NCBI RefSeq assembly: GCF_018977255.1
Contig: NW_024704742.1
Coordinates: forward strand, 74,464,001-74,528,000
DNA length: 64,000 bases
Reading direction: 5' to 3'
DNA from: Callorhinchus milii
Taxonomy: Eukaryota
Shown here: in pieces, positions 1 through 12,758 of the stretch
Position numbering within the stretch: the stretch's first letter is position 1
Layout of the letters: every line of letters begins with the position of its first letter
Translations under genes and position numbers: made by a program
Notes under the pieces: generated by a model
Database searches by the model: none
The model's input: the letters and a program-made list of their open reading frames with translations, nothing else
What the model was told of the DNA's origin: nothing

Positions 1-410
1 AAAGGGGATGATTACCCATGTTAGAGGAGTGAGCAATGAGCAACTATTTGACAATCTGGGGCTCTTGAGTCTTGAGAGAAGATGACCAAGAGGGGAAGTC
101 ATTAGAGGTGTATAGCATGTTTAGTGGGATTGAAAAATTAAACCCAGGTCAATACTCTAGGATGCACCAGGGTAGTAGAACAAGAGGACATAGGTTTAGA
201 GTTGCAAAAAGCAAATTCAGAACAGATACCAGACAGTTTTTCTTTACTCGGAGGATAATCAATGAGTGAAACAGGTTGTCAGGAAGAATGGTTGAGGCCA
301 AGACACTGGACTCATTTAAAAAAACAGCTGTAAGTTGTGACGGAAGGAAGGTAGGTATTCTAGAGGCATGAGATAAAATGGGCTGGTGCACCTTCTTCAT
401 CTGAACTAAT
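1..410 (+). mobile_element. CR1 3' fragment
   Basis: SRTRGHRFRV...RQFFFTRRIINEW-like. Confidence 0.75.
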
Positions 411-421
411 CTAAACTAATC

Positions 422-747
422 GGAGTCCTGTAGCTCAGTGGTTAGAGCACTCGCTTTGCAAGCGAGAGACCTGAGTTCAATTCCAGGCAGAGGGCGAAAC
501 CTTGGGCAAGTTTCCTTACTCCACTCGCCTAATAATAATCCCTCCAAAACAAAAAACAATAATAAATTGGTCATTTTCAATCTACGACTGTTTGTGGGAC
601 ATTGCTGTGCGCAATTGGCTGCCGCGTTTGCCCACAAATATACAGTCAATTCACTTTACAGTATATTCTGTGAAGCGCTTTGGGACGTCCTCCCGACGTG
701 AAAAGCGCTATATCAAATGCAAGGATTATTATTATTATTATTATTAT
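422..747 (+). mobile_element. tRNA(Ala-TGC-like)-derived SINE with L2 tail, short subfamily
   Basis: A box TAGCTCAGTGG, anticodon arm ctcgc-ttTGCaa-gcgag, B box GAGTTCAATTCC, L2-like tail, (ATT)n. Confidence 0.92.
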
Positions 748-2139
748 AATCTTGTGTGATTTTATGAACAAAACATCTCTGCAGTGATTTGAACTGCTAA
801 CTCAGTGGAGGAGCTCCATCTGGTGCTGAGTTAGTGAGTTGACCTTGTTCCTCTCCCAGCTCGAGCTTCCAGTCAGCTGTGTGAAAGCACATTCTCCCGA
901 CAGGAAAGGCGCTATATAAATGTTGTGTTCTCTTATGTCTGAGGTACAAATATCTTTAATATTCTCTGGCTTAAAACCATTTTTCTTAGCATTTTGGAAG
1001 TATTCAATTCAGCCTTAATTTGGAGTGAATTTACAATAGCATCGAAGAAGAACGGTGCCATTGGCTTCCAAATTACAATTAGCAATGTGTTCAGAACTGT
1101 GTACATGCTGTAAACATACAGAGATCAATTTGGTCATCTGGTGCAAGATAATGCCCATGGTTACGGAGCATAAGAAAAGGAGGGCAGAGCGTCCCATGTT
1201 TTCTTTGGGATAGAATTTGTGGTACAAGAAAACTCACAAAAGTCAGGACCATAACATTTAATATAAGTTATACAAAGCATGAGTTACAGGCAAACTTGCA
1301 TAAATTGGATTTTTTATGACTAAAACATAACAGTAAATAAGTACTCATTTTCTGCACTTTCAATGGAGTTTTGGATGTGCGTACTTCAATGCAGCTGATT
1401 ACATGATAAGACAAGTTAAGACTTCCTGCAATGCAACGTTTGAAACAGGCATTGTAAATGGGAGTCGATAAGTGTGGCAGCGACATTACAAGTTAGGAGA
1501 TGATTTGCATAAGATTTAGGATTATTTGGGATTAAGAAGCCCTTACACTTTAACTGTTTATCGATTAATAAAATACAAGTAGTGCAAGCTCGTGCAAAGA
1601 AATCTAAATGTTTTTGGTAGGAAACTGGATGGGACATAAGAGATTATACGATTTATAAAGATAAGACTTATGTGAGTTTTACTGTGTTGTGTTTTTAATG
1701 TTGGTGTAAACCACTAAATGGCAACACACCCTCCAGATAAGTGGATTCTTCTTTTTCACTGCGTGCCCTGCCCCCACCATCCCTCTTATTTTGAAGATGA
1801 TTGAATTGGCCAAAGACCTCTGGCCCAATATATATAAAGTATATATATTTTGACTGAAGACTTTTGCTGTATCCCTGGCAGATCCCTGCGAAAGAAATAA
1901 CCAACAATAAAAGGAACATAGAGATTGATATAGGGCATAAAGTTTACAAAATGTCATTCATCCAGGGAGATTTAAACAAATGATAGTCACTTATCTGGAG
2001 GGCTGTGCTGTCATCTGATGGTGTTAAATAAGGAACACCACAAATATTATCCCTGTATTTCCTCAGGCAGCAAGCAATAAATATTTATTTACGACAGTAC
2101 CAAACGTGTTGCAGTAATACAGTTGATTCTTCTGAGTAG

Positions 2140-2266
2140 ATTTTCCCAAGATGCTCGAAATCAGAGGGGCCTGAGAGAGAACCTTACGATGTCCAAGAAG
2201 TCAAATATTGGGAAAAGAAATAAAGATTATCCCTCAGGAGAAGAGCACAAGTCGTTCAGTTCAAAG
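2140..2266 (+). CDS. CDKL2: CDKL2 internal coding exon just after the kinase domain: (R)FSQDARNQRGLRENLTMSKKSNIGKRNKDYPSGEEHKSFSSK
   Basis: Acceptor ttcttctgagtag|A, donor AAG|gtacga, phase 2 in and 0 out. Peptide resembles the recalled human CDKL2 segment RFSQE...DARNVSLSKKSQNRK. Confidence 0.8.
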
Positions 2267-2855
2267 GTACGACCAGACACAAGCACTAGTAAAGCAGAGG
2301 TCAGCGGGCACTGAAATAATCCAGTCACAATTTGGGAAAGCTTGCTTGACTTTCTTATAACATTCTTTATATTCATTAATACAAAGGGTTAAGAAAGTTC
2401 TTCCTTTGATTTAATTAATGCCAATCTTCTTTAATGAACATTTGCTGTTACTCAGCTTTGCTCCTGACCTCTGTACCCTTCCAGAGGTCTTGGGACGTCC
2501 TCCCGACGTGAAAGGCACTCTATAAATGGAATCTTGTTGTTGTTGTTCCAGCCCCTCCTCCTTCTCAACACTTTCCTATCATTCCCCACTCCTGCCCTCA
2601 CTCTGAAACGTCTCGAAGACGTGATAAGGGGCTATATCAAATACAAGGATTATTCTTATTATTAATGACTTGTTAATGTTTGTTAATCCAGTATTTTAGA
2701 CAGGGTAAGAAGAAATGTAAATTTATACAATGACTGTGTCCTTTTTCACGGTGCACTGTTAGATAGTGGTTAGTGTGGATGTGCTAAGGACACAGTAATT
2801 GGTTGATCCTTTAGGGGAAGGGCATTGATCTTCTTGTTGTCCTCCCTGAATACAG

Positions 2856-3187
2856 GAGTCAAGTTCTGACGTCAAGACAAAAGAAATTAAATCTGACACC
2901 AAGCTGCTGAAAACAAAACCATCCAAAGTGGAGGCTGGGCAGATGGACCGAGCTTTGAATGACATGAACGAGCGGGCTGCTGACAGTGGAGCTCTGCAGG
3001 GTTTCGGTCCCAGCAAGCTGGTATCCCCTGCACTGCTCAGAGAGCTGAGCAGCAGCATCAATCACACAAGCTCACCACCCAGCAATGGCATCCCTCCTAT
3101 TCCTCAGAACCCTCCTCCTGTCACAACCGCAGGCATCAGGGTCAGCCTGAGCCCTGGTGTCGCTGTGTCAACACAACCCAGCTTCAG
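2856..3187 (+). CDS. CDKL2: CDKL2 internal exon ESSSDVKTKEIK...GIPPIPQNPPPV...STQPSF(R)
   Basis: Acceptor cctccctgaatacag|G, donor CAG|gtgggt, 332 nt open, phase 0 in and 2 out. Resembles recalled CDKL2 ...VAIPPLTHN...QGYR. Confidence 0.85.
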
Positions 3188-4174
3188 GTGGGTGGACCTG
3201 TCACAATAGGAAACAAGGCCATTGCACAATGTTGGTTTGCAAGTGATACATATGGTAACATTTTGGGTTTGACCTTCCCTCAGAATTCACCTTTCTCTGT
3301 CAGATAGTGACTGACCAGCCCGCTGGGCAGAGAAACCTCGATATTTTCAGCTCAGGAGGACCACTGCTGAATTGTGTTTCCAAGTTTCCTTTTGTTTTAA
3401 ATATGAATGCCACTTTCCAGAATTTTTTCCATATCCAGTATTACTTTTACTGCTCAGGTACTTATCCAGTTCTGTTTTAAAATGTTCTATTGATTCAGCC
3501 TACCAACCAGTTACTATCCTCCTAGGGGGAGGTAAACATTCATGAGCTGACAACAGAAATGTTAGACTGGAGCCAGTCCTCTGTGACGGTCTCTAATCCA
3601 GTTCCTGAGGCAGGTGCGTTCACAGTATTCCAAGTCACTGCTGATGACAGCGCAGCCAACCTGGCTCATCTGCAGGACTTGGAAGAGCAGACCAGTCACT
3701 GGGGGCAGGGAATCCTCCCACTCAGCTCCTGTTAACCCTGCAAGCCAAAGCCCTAATGGATAGGGTGGTTCCAACTGGACAAGCAGTGAGAGGTTTGCCA
3801 GACCGTGCTCTCAATAGCTGGTTAGACGACAATACCCCAAAACACTCACTGCAGGCCCCAAGCCTTGGCTTGTGCCTAATACTCTTGAGCATGGTGATGG
3901 ATTTCTGCAGGTATTAGACGCTTCTTTGTGAAGGAACTCAGCATGCTGGGCAACACTGCTTTGTGGCTGACCAAAAAAACTGCAGCTTCGATAGCCACTT
4001 ATAATCAATTCCACATCCTAAAAACTCTCTGAATGAAGAGATTCCTTCTCACCTTTCCCTGATTCCTCTGCTAACAATCCTGAAGTTACCAGGGTCCTCA
4101 CACTATGATGGAAGGAGAAGTTGATGGTGCTGTTATTTAGCACAAACTCTTGTTTCTGTTCCATTTTACTTTAG

Positions 4175-4268
4175 GGTCAACAACAAGTTGAAGAAACACA
4201 TAAACCCCCTGAAAAAAGCAAACCAGCCACCTCCATCCAACTCGCACAGCATGAGCCTGAACGGGCCG
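4175..4268 (+). CDS. CDKL2: CDKL2 internal exon (R)VNNKLKKHINPLKKANQPPPSNSHSMSLNGP
   Basis: Acceptor ccattttactttag|G, donor CCG|gtaagc, phase 2 in and 0 out. Resembles recalled CDKL2 RVDEKTKKCSIPFVKPN. Confidence 0.85.
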
Positions 4269-4589
4269 GTAAGCCAGGGACTCTCCACACGAAGGGCTGC
4301 CTCACAGCAGTATTGCTCAGTATGCTCATTTCCCTCACTAAGCTCTTGTTGCACACTGTTACACTGTGGGCAATCCTTGACTGCCTGCACTCATGTAGTC
4401 TGATCTGGTTCTCGTTATACCCCAAAGGGGAAGAGCTGGGACATCTAACACTGTGCTACTTATCCAATAGACAGAGCTTGCTTCCTCTGCTCCAGGCACT
4501 CATTCCTTTTTTTCTTTCTCTCTTTTCTCCAATTATTCCCTTCTTTGTCTTTGACTTCCTATTCCATCCATGTATAGTTGCGTGTTGGG

Positions 4590-4945
4590 AGGATGTCTCA
4601 AAGTACTTCACAGGAGTGTAGAGTGGAATGACTGTATTTTGTGAGCGAACTCGGCAGCACATTTTCCGTCAGCAATGTCCCACAAACAGTCACAGAGTGA
4701 ATGACCAATTTTATTTGGGGGATTGTTAGTCAGGACACCAGGAGAATCTCTCTTCCCTTTCGAATAGCACCATGAGATATTTAACATCCACCTGAACAGG
4801 CAGGCTGATTTAATGTTTCATCCGAAGGATGGCACCCCCAACAATGTAGCATGCCCCCAACGCTGCATTGAAATGTCAGCTAAGACTATGTGGGATCCAA
4901 GTATTGAACCCAATGTATTGGTTCCATGGGGCTTGAATCCAAAAC
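4590..4945 (-). mobile_element. Old Deu-domain SINE (SacSINE1/AmnSINE-like). Similar decayed copies at about 26810-27110, 34650-34920, 46200-46320, 48570-48960, 49730-50090, 53560-54000 and 62820-63090
   Basis: Motifs tttaacatccacctga...catccgaaggatggcacc...gaaatgtcagc...ggggcttgaa, recalled from Deu-SINE consensus. Confidence 0.65.
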
Positions 4946-5879
4946 TTTAAGTAACATTATGGGATATAGCACATAGGTAGTTTGGAACATAAGTGTATGC
5001 GACCACCAGGAAGGTGGAAGGAAAACTAGATGGATCTTGGTCTTTTTTCATCTAGCATTTCTTATGTTCTTAACGGGTTGGTGGTCTTAGCTGGACAAGC
5101 TTGCTGGACAGCAGTATCAATGGCAAGTTATGTGGCTTTAACTGGTTAAACTCCAGCAGCACCCCAACTCATACTTCAGGGTCCCCAAGCCTTGGCTCTT
5201 GCCAACCTGCACCTAATATTTTCCGGAATTAGGTAACCAGGATGTGTCCCTCCAGTGACAGTGCGCATTCCATACCAACAATCTATCTGGGATTTCTATG
5301 TGTAGATGGGATGCATTGAATTCTGTTTGGTTTGGATACACTTAAGCATGCTGATGGGTTTCCCACATGTTTCAACTCACCCGGCTGACCAAAAAAAACC
5401 CTGACTGATTTTCCTCCTCCCTTACAACTGTCACTGCACCTGCAGTTCCTGCTTCTGCCAGCGAATGGCACTCACAGTACAGATAATAATTAAAAGGAAC
5501 TGGGTGAAAGTGGCTGTATCAAAGCAGTTTGGTCCAGGATGAGTTTGTTCTCGGATATCACTTTAAACCCGTCCCAACCAAAAACTTGTTCAAGGTTTAG
5601 ATGTTTACATGTAGGGAAATTACTCCAAGTTGAACTTGTTGTGTAGGACTCTGCCCCCTGTATTATTGCTGAAGCAGCCTGTCAGAGAAGTGCACTGAGC
5701 ACCGACTGGGAAGGTGCTGGTGAGTCTGCTCAGTGTGATCTCTCTTTGTTTTCCTGTGTGAGAGAAACCAGTTTCTCCTCCAGCGGATGTTAGTGACTGA
5801 TGCTCTGAAATTAGGGAAAAAAGAGACAAATCTGAGAGCACAGAATGAGGCTCAGTCCCTACTGCACTGTGGGTGGGTT

Positions 5880-6178
5880 ATAATAATAAGCCTCGCTTTT
5901 TACGTCTTCGAGACGGCTCAAAGCTCTCCACAGAATATACTGTAAAGTGAATTGATTGTATATATTTGTGGGCGAAACAAGGCAGCCAATTGCGCACAGC
6001 AGTGTCCCACAAACAGTGGGGGATGAAGTGACCAATTTATTTTTGTTTTTTTTCTTTGAGAGATTATTATCAGGCATGTGGAGTAAGGAAACTTGTTCAA
6101 GTTTTCGCCCTGCTGGAAATCAAACCCAGATCTCTCGCTTGCGAGGTGAGTGCTCTAATCACCGAGCTACAGGACTCC
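5880..6178 (-). mobile_element. tRNA-SINE copy
   Basis: Homologous to 422-747. Confidence 0.9.
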
Positions 6179-6346
6179 ACTACTGAACTACAGGACTCTT
6201 TTATTTGAACAAGCTCTTTTATTTGAGCATGCATTCTGTCATAAATAGGGGCTCATGTGCTGAGTGATATTACTGTGTTTGTGTGGAGCAAGCATGTGTT
6301 CCTCCTTTTAGGTTCTTTTAGGTTCATTCTTTTGAACTTCTTTTAG

Positions 6347-6491
6347 GTTCAACATGAGAAACTGGAACGAGCCACAATGATGGAAAGGGTGGGAATCACA
6401 GGCAAGAAGAGGTGGGAGCTCTTTAAATCTGAGAAGGAGGTTCATTTGCTGGCCAACAGCAGTCATCTGCCAGAGCTGAGAGGAGCAGAAG
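6347..6491 (+). CDS. CDKL2: CDKL2 exon VQHEKLERATMMERVGITGKKRWELFKSEKEVHLLANSSHLPELRGAE
   Basis: Acceptor cttcttttag|G, donor AAG|gtaaca, phase 0 in and 1 out. GKKR...HLPELR matches the recalled long CDKL2 isoform. Confidence 0.85.
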
Positions 6492-6539
6492 GTAACAGCA
6501 CGTCCAATTTGACTTTTCTGCAGTACACAAGGTTTTATT

Positions 6540-7130
6540 TCAACAACAACATGCATTTATATAGCACCCCTCATACAGGGTAGTGTCCCAGAGCGTTTGA
6601 TAGTGACGGAGCATAACGCTAAGTTGGGCAGAGGGGGGAGGTGACCAGAGGCACAGTCGAAGATGAAGGTCTTCAGGCGCGACTTGAAGACGGGGAAGGA
6701 AAAGGCAAGGTGGTGGGACAGACGAAGAGTGTTCTAGAGTTATGGGGAATAGTGGATGAAAGAGTGGCCACTGATGGTGGAACAAAGGGCACGAGTGACA
6801 TGCAGAAGGCTGGAGCCAGTCGGGAGAAGGCAGCGGGTAGTGGGTTGGGGGATGAGCAGGTCTCAGAGGTAGGGAGGTATCGGCACATGAAGGGATTTGA
6901 AGATGAGTGTGAGAATTAATTCGATTCATTCGATTATAGGGATCAGTGGAGTCTGGCTAGAACTGCTGTGATGGGGTACGAAGTTTAGTGCAGTTGAGTA
7001 TGCGGGTGGCGGACTTTTGGATTAACTGGATTTTGTGGATGGTGGACCTGGGGAGACCAGCGAGGAGGGCATTTGAGAAGTTGAGCCGGGAGGTGAGAAA
7101 CGCACGGGGTGGATCGGGTCGGGGCGGCAG
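6540..7130 (-). mobile_element. Degenerate L2 3' fragment
   Basis: SRLNFSNALLAGLP...KIQLIQKSA and a (GTT)n tail. Confidence 0.8.
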
Positions 7131-8764
7131 CCAAAACACGAATGGAGAGAACTGGAGCAGAGCATTCAGCAGGACATGCTCAGCGCGCAGGCATGGCGGG
7201 GCGAGGGGAGACAGGTCAGAGGAGGAGAGAGAGGGGAGGGTACTCGTGGCTTTGTTTGGACCAAAGCCAGAGAGGGAGAGAGATAATGAACGGGACGGCA
7301 AAGGAGGAAGTCAGGGATAAGGTAAAAAAAAGAAATGGAAGTAATGTCACGCAGGCAGTTTAAGCGGGAGATTTTGAAATGGCGTCTCCGCGCCAGGAAC
7401 AATCGAGCCTTCGACCACCCACCCCCCACCCCCGCGCCTGTCATTGCCCGCTTGCCCACCCGAGGCCTCATCTGGGGGCGAGAAATTTAAACTATTTCTT
7501 AACAGGGTTCCTTAGTATCAGGAACCTGAGTTGCGGGACTGCTTCTGGTAAATGACAGTCCATCTCACAGACCGGTGGAAACTCTTTTGCATGATTTACT
7601 CCCAGCGGGAATTGTATCAGAATCCCTTACTAAGATATCAGGCAGTTAAGAGAGGATGCACTGTGCTCAGCTGTGCTGAGCTGATTTCCATTTAGGATCA
7701 GTAGAAGTGCTCCAGGTTGTATTTCCATTGAAATAGAGCTATGTTTATTTATTAGTTTTCTAGCCAAAGTAAGACACAGTGTTAAATTCTGTGCAATATG
7801 TGAGTGAAGTACTTGAGACTAGAGCTCCACTTAAAGCTCAGTCATAACCTTGCCAAGCACAAAAGATTCAAATACAGGTTCACAAAATCACGGGGAAGAT
7901 TTGGGTGAAGATCCCCACCCTATCATCCTCCCACCACATCGTTAACCAGTTTTTTTAAACGAGTCCACTGTCCTCAACTTGACCACCATTTCTGCCAACC
8001 TGGTTTAGTTGTTAATTACCCTCTGTAAAAAACACTTATTGTCTAGAACTTGCCCTTTGCAACCCTGAAACTTTGTTCTCATGTAGTCTGCTGTCTGTAC
8101 ATCTGGAGGCATTGTTCTGAGTTTACTTTCTCAATCTTTTTAAAAATGTTATACCCCTCTATAAGGTTCCTTCTGATACATTGCTTGTCAATACTAACTT
8201 GCCCTAGCATGGATCATCCTTGATCATAGCTAATTCCTCTAATACTGGGAGTTTCCTGGTTGCTCTCCTTGCACTGCCCAAGGATCTGGACAGTCCCCAT
8301 TAAAATGGCTACATGGCTTGTTTCTCACTGACACAGCCAGGCAGCAGAAATGGGCAGCAGAGTGACCTTTTTTAAAAAAACAAATCCTCTGAAACGCAGA
8401 ACCAATGGGTGGTTCCCATTCAGACTGTATGGACTCGTCTGCTTGGCACTCCGGAATGCTACCCTGCATGAGCGGCGCTATATAAATGCAAGTTGTTGTT
8501 GTTGTTGTTGTTGCTTCCTTGGTTGAAGTGAGCAGAGCTAAGAGGAGACACGACATGATTGTTGGCAAGAAAGAGAGAAAGAGCTTGGGTTTCTTCAGTT
8601 TTTTGCCATGTTTTGGTGTTCTTGCACTGGGAGAATGTTGCCCTGAGCCTTTCTTTCTCTTTCACCCAAATGAAGCTGAAAGCATCACTGAGGTAGCTGA
8701 TCTTCAACATTTGTCTTATTCCTATTCTGTGAAGGTTAACACTAATGGGTTTGATATTTCCTAG

Positions 8765-8868
8765 CCAAGCATTCTAAACCCAAGAAGGAGAACAAGAGAA
8801 TCCCAGAATCCAGAATTCCCTCTCTGGCTGCCATGGACATACCTCATCAACACAGTCTGGCTTCCCAA
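8765..8868 (+). CDS. CDKL2: CDKL2 exon (A)KHSKPKKENKRIPESRIPSLAAMDIPHQHSLASQ
   Basis: Acceptor gatatttcctag|C, donor CAA|gtaaga, phase 1 in and 0 out. KKENK..ESRIPSLAA.D matches the recalled CDKL2 C-terminal motif closely. Confidence 0.92.
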
Positions 8869-10258
8869 GTAAGAGTCTATATGAAATATGCATCCCCTAC
8901 TCTGGTGAATTGTTACTGCACGTGTTGGGGGGAGAAGGGAAACAACACTGATGAATCAGGAAACAGAAAAAGAGCCAAACTCCATCACTGATACAAGAAA
9001 ATAGCCTTGAGGCCTTCCTTCCAGTGTATCAACATACCGTCATTCTGTTACACCCTCAAGCTCTCTCTTAAATGAGGCCAGGATTCTGACCTCATGCACC
9101 CTTCCTGTTCCTCTCATTGGTTACCCTCTGAGTAAATAAATACTTCCTGCTGTCTATATTGTCTACCCTTTTTGCCTGAGATCAGCTAACACAGAAGAGC
9201 AGAAATTGAACCTAGAATTTTTGACGTGTTTGGCTCAGTATCACTACCCTGAGGTACCAACCTTCTTCAATGGATATTATTGAATATTTATCCCATTCTA
9301 TAGCTTTGGCCGCCACATTTGCCTACAAAATACATAGTCACTACACGTCATGGCAAACCCAATGAAGCAGTTTGAAACATTTTGACAAAATGTGATAAGG
9401 TGTTATATCAAATACAAGGTTATTTTTAAGATTATTTTGAGGGATTGGTCCGTTTCATCAGATTGGCAGAAATATGAAATATCCATCAAATTTCCTTTTG
9501 ATAACTCATTGATTGAACTCAGACTTCATTCCACGACTTAAGAGCACAGAGTTCAGCGCTGGCTGATAGGAAACTTGGGTAAAGAATCAGGGAAGAGATT
9601 GAAAACAATTTGTTCATTCACAGAGTTGTCAGGTTTGTGGAATTCATTGTCACAAGTGGCTATTGAGGCCAGATTAATTGAAGTATTCAAAAGGGAAAGG
9701 AAAGCATCTGAGCAGTAAAATCACTGGGATATAGGAGAGAGCTGGAAAACAATATTAATATAGTACTTAAAAAAAAGATAGTTTAGAAAATCAATGGTCT
9801 GAATGACTACCTTCTGCACAGAACATTTCTATTTTTAAGGAAGAAAAAGTAAAGTAAGTCTGATATTCACACTCTGTAAAATAATATAAATCCTTAGATT
9901 TGATAGAGCCTTTCATGTAGGGAAAACCCCCCTAAAGTGCTACTCACGTTTACTGTAAAGTGCAGTGACTGTGAGTTTTGTGTTTTGCCACAATAAATTC
10001 CAGTTCCTTGATTCCCTGTCAAACTGCTTTTCCTAAAAAGAAAAACACATACTGGAAATGAGAAATAAATCCTAAATGTGCAGAGGGTCGATCAGCCCCT
10101 GATAGTCACTTCGGGTGTGACTCAGGAGAGGTTCACTGACTGACCTCTCTGAATAATCACACCTGACTTCCCTTCAAGCTTGGACTGACCTGCTGTTTAT
10201 TTCCAGAATTTCAATTTATTGATTAGCATTTCTGACAGGTTTTTCACTCTATTCCCAG

Positions 10259-10351
10259 AGCTCATTAACTTCTCAGCATGAATCCACAGAGGGCGGCCTT
10301 CCCCACATGGAGCACTTGAATCTGCTTTCCCTTCCGTATGGGAGCCCCTGA
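10259..10351 (+). CDS. CDKL2: CDKL2 last coding exon SSLTSQHESTEGGLPHMEHLNLLSLPYGSP*
   Basis: Acceptor ttttcactctattcccag|A, phase 0, TGA at 10349-10351. LPHMEH matches the recalled CDKL2 terminal LPQMEH. Confidence 0.88.
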   Translation, partial: SSLTSQHESTEGGLPHMEHLNLLSLPYGSP

Positions 10352-11189
10352 TCGTGATGGACATACCAACTCCAGCTTCCCCATTCAAGGCTAACTACAG
10401 CACAGGATGGTTTTGGTGGTGACTCACATTCCTGAGGGAGGGCTCAGTGTGCCAGTTAATGCACTTTCGTTTACAGCAAACTTACACAGCTCAGCCTAGA
10501 AAATCAGCTATTCCCCCACCACCCCAGTTATCTATTTGTAGTTTGACAAGTGACAATGACTCCTTATATACATATCTATATATATATATATATATATATA
10601 AAGGGTTGAGTGGACGGGGGTCTGTGAGAAATCCCTTCCTGACTTGGAGGATTTCCCCATACAGAACAGAGAGAGAATGCGAGCGAGGGCAAAAGTAAGA
10701 CAAAAAGAAACTGAGACAAAAATAAAATAAAAAGATAGAAAATTGGTGAGAAAGAATTCAAAGACTCGAGGAGGGTGGTGCAGTCAGACAGACAGAAGGA
10801 TTTAGTTTTGCTCAAGGTGAAGTACGGTTGGTGTGGCTGCTTTCACTAACACCTGTGACCATGGTTCACAGATGAGTGCAGAGAGCAAATGTAGTCAAGT
10901 CATTCAACACAAGGGACATGACAGCTGAGCCTGATCCTGACGTGTCCTGAAACACAGAATTACAAACACTGCTCACTGCACTGTGCTTAAACCTCTGACA
11001 CTTGAGTAAGTCTTACACCAATCACTAAAAAAATTAGGCCTTTATAATGGTACTTCCCAACCAGTGCTCTACATTACAACATGTCTGGACCTGGGCTTGT
11101 TTCTGCATTTGTATGACCTCTTATGCTGTTGGAGGGAGACACTAAGTGGAGGCTCTTCTTCCTGTCTTCTACCCTCCCACTCCCAAGTA

Positions 11190-11440
11190 TGTGCACACAC
11201 ACAACACACACACACACAACCAAACTCTCACACACACACTTATATAAACATGCAGATTTTCACACTCACTCGCACACCCAGTAGCAAGCATGCACATTCT
11301 CATACACACACATGCACACTCACATGTTCACACACACGCTCATACACATGTGCACGTACACACATTCATACACTCGTACACACACATGCTTACACACATA
11401 TTTACACACATACACGTTTTTTTTTATACACATGTTCACA
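11190..11440. repeat. Degenerate (CA)n tract
   Basis: Directly visible. Confidence 0.9.
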
Positions 11441-12758
11441 AGCACAATTGCAGGAATCAAGGCAAATCCTGGCTGTCACTTAGTAGCAGAGCCTTGTAAA
11501 ACTGGTTGGCTGCCTGCCCTGCCCTACTGGCAAGGATATGTAGTGCAGAGCCTGCTATCGCCCTGCAGTGTGAATCACTGGCTTTCAGATTTCAAGCCTG
11601 ACTTATATTTTGGCTTTTGCATTGATTCGGAACAGATTTCTCACTGAATCAACATGAAGGTATTGTATAAATGAAGCATGGCATTTCTGAAAAAAAATCC
11701 TGGTTTTGAAATCACTTGTTGGGTCAATTTTGCACACATAACATAAAGTAAATTTGCGATGTTTAATAATGTATGTCGGTGTAAATTATCACTGTAATTT
11801 TTTATATTTGATGTGAGCCAGTGTTCTGTGAGGTGGGCGGGGTGGGAATGAGAAACCTAGTGCTCAGTTAATATCTCACACAATGTTCAGAGTGATTTGT
11901 TCACACTAAACATTACCAACGGACCCGCTAACCCTGCAGGAGAAATACACAGTAGATATTCAGCAAAACAGCTGTAGATTTGTTAAAAAAGCAGTAGAGT
12001 TTAGATAGTTGCATTGTCAGTAGGGTTGACACTTCCGAGACCAGAAAACAAACAGGCTTTGGATGCCACGTTACACTCCCTCTCAGGACTTTCTGATTTA
12101 TTTGCTTGAGCACTACAAAGCACCTCGGTGGTGGGTGAATATTTTCTTGGGGGGTAAGGGGTGGAATAAAACTTAGTAGCAGCTTGAATAGGTGCAAATT
12201 GTATCAATTCAAACTGCAGATTAAACCAAGCGACCTTTTATGTTAGCCTCAATAGTTAATTAACATGCAATGTTAATAATAAATATTATTAATTAATGTT
12301 AGACACCAGATACCATTTGAATGAAAGCACATGATTCGCACTTTCATGCAAATTGTGGTTCAGCCCCACCCCAGGCACATGCTGTCACTTCGCCTGAAAA
12401 ACACTAGCTGATCTCTGCCCATATCCTGTAGCGCTTTCCCCGTAGACCAATAGATAGGCCTCAAAACCCATAGTCTATGTGGAACACCTGTAGAGAGTTG
12501 GCAGTTAAGGGTGGTCCTAGCTGGACAAGCTGTGGGAAAGCATCAATATCAATGGCAAGCTATGTGGTTTTAGTTGGTAGACTCCAGCAGCTACCCCAAC
12601 TCACACTCTGGGGTTCCCAAGCCTTGGCTCTCGCCAACCTGCGCCTAATACTTAAGCAGGATGCGCCCTCCACAGTCCATTCCAACAATCTATCTCTGGG
12701 ATTTCCGCATGGAAATCTCAGCTTGGTTTGGATACTGGTTGGCTGCCTGCCCTGCCCT

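Noticed and set aside
422..495. Functional tRNA-Ala genes at SINE heads
   Set aside because: Each continues into a SINE body and L2 tail and lacks a proper acceptor stem and terminator.
2067..2266. ATG at 2189 as the start of a novel gene
   Set aside because: Homology shows an internal CDKL2 exon with its acceptor at 2139/2140.
8676..8764. Candidate terminal exon AESITEVADLQHLSYSYSVKVNTNGFDIS*
   Set aside because: The acceptor at 8764/8765 gives the conserved CDKL2 peptide, and this upstream reading has no homology support.
11064..11647. His/Thr-rich ORFs
   Set aside because: They are translations of a (CA)n tract.
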